Shown here: piece by piece, positions 60,890-64,000 of the stretch | Layout of the letters: each line of letters opens with the position of its first letter | Numbering within the stretch: position 1 is the stretch's first letter | Origin: Lepidodermella squamata | Taxonomy: Eukaryota > Animalia > Gastrotricha | Reading direction: 5' to 3' | DNA length: 64,000 nucleotides | Assembly: GCA_047495785.1 (NCBI GenBank) | Contig: JBLDXI010000024.1 | Coordinates: forward strand, 4,650,001-4,714,000 | The notes under the pieces: model-generated | The model's database searches: none | The model's input: the letters and a program-made list of their open reading frames with translations, nothing else | What the model was told of the DNA's origin: nothing | Translations under genes and position numbers: made by a program

Positions 60890-62077
60890 TGAAAAAATTT
60901 AACCTCTCTGTTTCATAAAGAGTTGATACTCAAGCGAGATCACGCAATATTTCTCCACTTTTCCTGTTTTGCTATGAGTCCCGTCATTCGGTAAATATCG
61001 ATATTAAAAACGAAACAATTGCAATCGTCCTGGTGCTGTCTGATTATTTCACTCGTATTACGCGCATCGGGATGAGGCAACGTATTGAATCTGTACTCTT
61101 TCTCAGAAAGACATCAGTTGGCGCTGGCTTATTAATTGGATGCTCTCTATACATTTGATGGCTGTATTGAAGTTGGCATTTTTCTTGGCGTGTGTCCGAA
61201 ATGATGATCGTTTAAGAAATAAAAACAACAGAAATGAATACATTTATCGACTATCAAAGTTTGTCATCGAATGATGCGATTGGAAATGTATAGGTAAAAG
61301 GCATTTTCTCATTACTTTCTGTCGAAAACAAAGTTGATGACGCTCAGCGCCCCATCGCATCTTATAAGGCTTTTTGTGTTACGAAATCTTGCTAGATTTT
61401 TGAGTACTTAATGGCCTGCTTTATCCACTGTTAAAATTCAACGTCACTCATTGATCAGTTGAGCGTTCAATTTTTTTAGCTTCGATCAAAATGCATTTAA
61501 TCTTTTCTGAAACGCTCGAAAAATTCGGACAAGCCTCAGATTCTGCGAGAAACCGAGAATGCTATACGAGAGAATCATCATTCTCTGAGTCAACGCACGT
61601 ATCCCGTTTGCTTCAAAAATTCGGAAAAGGCTTGGGACTAAAACAGAGAGTCCCAAAGCAAAAAAGCCCTAGTAGCAATGTTCACTTACCCGGCAACAAT
61701 TCAAAAAATCGTTCAGCCATCAGAGTATGTTGGAATCTATATAAAATAATGTCAGAATTCCAGACGTGGATTAATTTACGCGCTCCCTTGTACTTGTTTG
61801 AATGCGTGAATCACGCCGAATATCGCATCGTCTGTAGTCCCAAGTGGATGGTTATTTGATTTGACGATGAAACGGAAATGCATAGATACAGTAATGATAA
61901 GTGATAAGGCCGCACGATTTTTTTATCTTATCGTACGGTTCAAATAATTTTTCTTATCAGGCTAGCACGCCCTCGTTGCGCCCAGATAAGCCATGGTAAA
62001 AAAGTTGCCGCTGTCAGTACTTCAGTGTTTCAGCCGAAATTAAAGGTTTTTTCGCCGAGTTTCAGCAAGTTTCAGCC

Positions 62078-62634
62078 ATGGAAAGCAAGGATGGCCAAGC
62101 TCCGCCCCCGCCGCCGTATGCTGACAACAAGCAGCAGCCACAAATGACTTACTCCCAGGCTCCTCCAGCAGGGTACCCGCAACAGCCACAGCCTGCTGGA
62201 TATCCTCAAGGGCAGCCTGCAGGATATCCCCAAGGACAACCCGCTGGATATCCCCAGGGGCAGCCTGTTCAGTACGCCCAGCCTCAAGGATACCCACCAG
62301 GGACTCAATTCGTCCAGCCTGGGGGTCAACCAATGGTACAGGTGCAATACCAACCCGCGCCTACCGTAATTGTTACTGGAGGCACAACCATCTGCCCCCA
62401 TTGCCATGCCTCAATCGTCCCGGCGATTCACGAGGAATTGACAGGCGGCGCTATTGCTTGCTCGATCCTGTTGTGCTTGTTGGGTGGCATGTAAGTTACG
62501 ACTGAAAATTTCATTTGCCATTTTAATATATTGGTTTTGTCAGACTTTGTTTCTGGATTCCACTGGTCATGGACTCGTGCAAGGACAGACGCCAAGTTTG
62601 CCCCAACTGCCACGTTACGATCGCACATTTCTAG
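62078..62634 (+). CDS. LITAF-domain protein 2; join(62078..62490,62544..62634)
   Basis: PPPPPY, (PAGYPQGQ)n and CPHC...CPNC, with the same phase-2 intron as the paralog. Confidence 0.9.
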
Positions 62635-64000
62635 AACAAAGCGTTGGGATGACTACCATTGCATCAAACTATAATATTTGATTTCGCTGAATATTCCGGC
62701 TTTTAAAATAAATACATATAAAATGCACATGTAAAGAGACCATAAAGCCGTTGTAATTGCCACAAGTCGGTGAATTTTTCACTGTTCCCAGCTGTTGCGA
62801 CATATACAAAGCGTTGAAATTACGGATTTCGTCAGGAAGAATACCTTGAATGAATAGAATATAATTTCTTATGCTCAGCTGTGAAAGAAACTCTGTCAGA
62901 TTCCGTCCTATTTATTGCCCGCATTGCAACGAATGGATGGCACCTAGAAGGAAATTAGCACTGTTCGGTATTTTTTACCCTAGTATGTAACTTGAAGGTG
63001 GAATCTTACTGAACTTTTTTTAAATCAAGCCTGCTTTCGTTTTGCCAGTTGTTCTTCAAGCCAGAGCCGATTCTATTCCGAGAAATACGAATGTCCTAAG
63101 TGCAAAGGAGAGCTAATTATAATAAAAAATATTAAATAGAGCGTTCTAACCAAATAGAAATCCGAAAGAATGCTGGGCGAGGTAGATTTGGGGGAGAGTT
63201 CACGACAAACTAATGAAAATCCTATTATATCTAGTAATATCTAAACAGAGCGATATTAGCAAAAACCAGAGAAAAAGTCATTGTCAAGGATGTGATCGAA
63301 AGTGCGAAGTGAGTCGGAAAGTTTTCGAAGCGGTGATTCTGGCGGGCTCATTTTTCTAAAACAGGTAATTCTTTGGGCTCGGCTGACGCCAGTTGAAATT
63401 TGGCTCTTTTCGGGTCGTTCATTGTTGCGTAAGAAACTTCGCACTTCTCGAATTAATAGTAATTTGTATATTGCGGGCACAAATGCTGAAATTATCCGAA
63501 CAGCTGGAGCTGTACTTCACGATGCAAATAATTTATTCTATATCTCAGGCACTGACGGCTACAAAGATTTGGAATTCAGACACAGTACTGAACATCTTGT
63601 GATGCCATTCTCCTTTTCTACACACATGCGTAGCCGTGTTAATCCAGTTGAAATCAAACTAATCCAGAGGGCAAAGTACCGCTAGAGATGGTAGGGATCA
63701 ATCGGTCCGCAGGGTGCACTCAGTCAAAGACCAAAGGGGGAACCCATATGTCGATTTTCCTATCCCAACCAGTTCGGCTGTCCTACTTCGCTCTCTGAAT
63801 TAATTCTTCAATAAATAAATGAGTTTGCATCTATGAATTTATAGATATGTCTACCTACACTATAACAGTCCAAGAACATCAAAATGTCTCGCGTTCTCAA
63901 GGGCGTGTAAATCAAAGATATGGCTCCACTCGTGAACAACCGATCGATGTCCAACCGACTTCGGCTGGTTCCGGTGTAGTGGATGCGGATCAGCCGCCCC

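Noticed and set aside
63256-63685. Short ORFs near the window end
   Set aside because: No recognisable motifs or consistent splice structure.

Overview
Compact invertebrate animal genomic DNA (many 50-60 bp GT-AG introns); the organism cannot be named from the sequence alone. 0-10.5 kb: a PAN/F5-8/LamG secreted protein, a PAN-repeat GPI-type protein, a CD20/sarcospan-like tetraspan, one signal-peptide-bearing intronless Cys-loop (pLGIC) subunit and an AlbA_2/Schlafen-like gene. 12-30 kb: five Ly6/three-finger-type genes around a furin-like proprotein convertase. The convertase's first intron holds a Mutator (MULE) transposon with tandem-repeat TIRs, a 2A-like peptide and a Ulp1 protease. 30.5-61 kb: a same-strand tandem array of intronless, highly divergent Cys-loop receptor genes (8 intact, 5 pseudogenes, about 5 subtypes). 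The array is interleaved with two LITAF genes, a polycystin pseudogene fragment and many MITEs. Array members lack the acetylcholine aromatic box and loop-C vicinal cysteines, have a tiny M3-M4 loop, extra co-varying cysteines and no visible signal peptide, and all 8 intact copies carry an N-glycosylation sequon at residue 3. My best candidate for an undescribed system is a lineage-specific ionotropic chemoreceptor family, analogous to cephalopod chemotactile receptors, physically linked to a cluster of Ly6 candidate modulators. Exon boundaries and motif alignments were read by eye.
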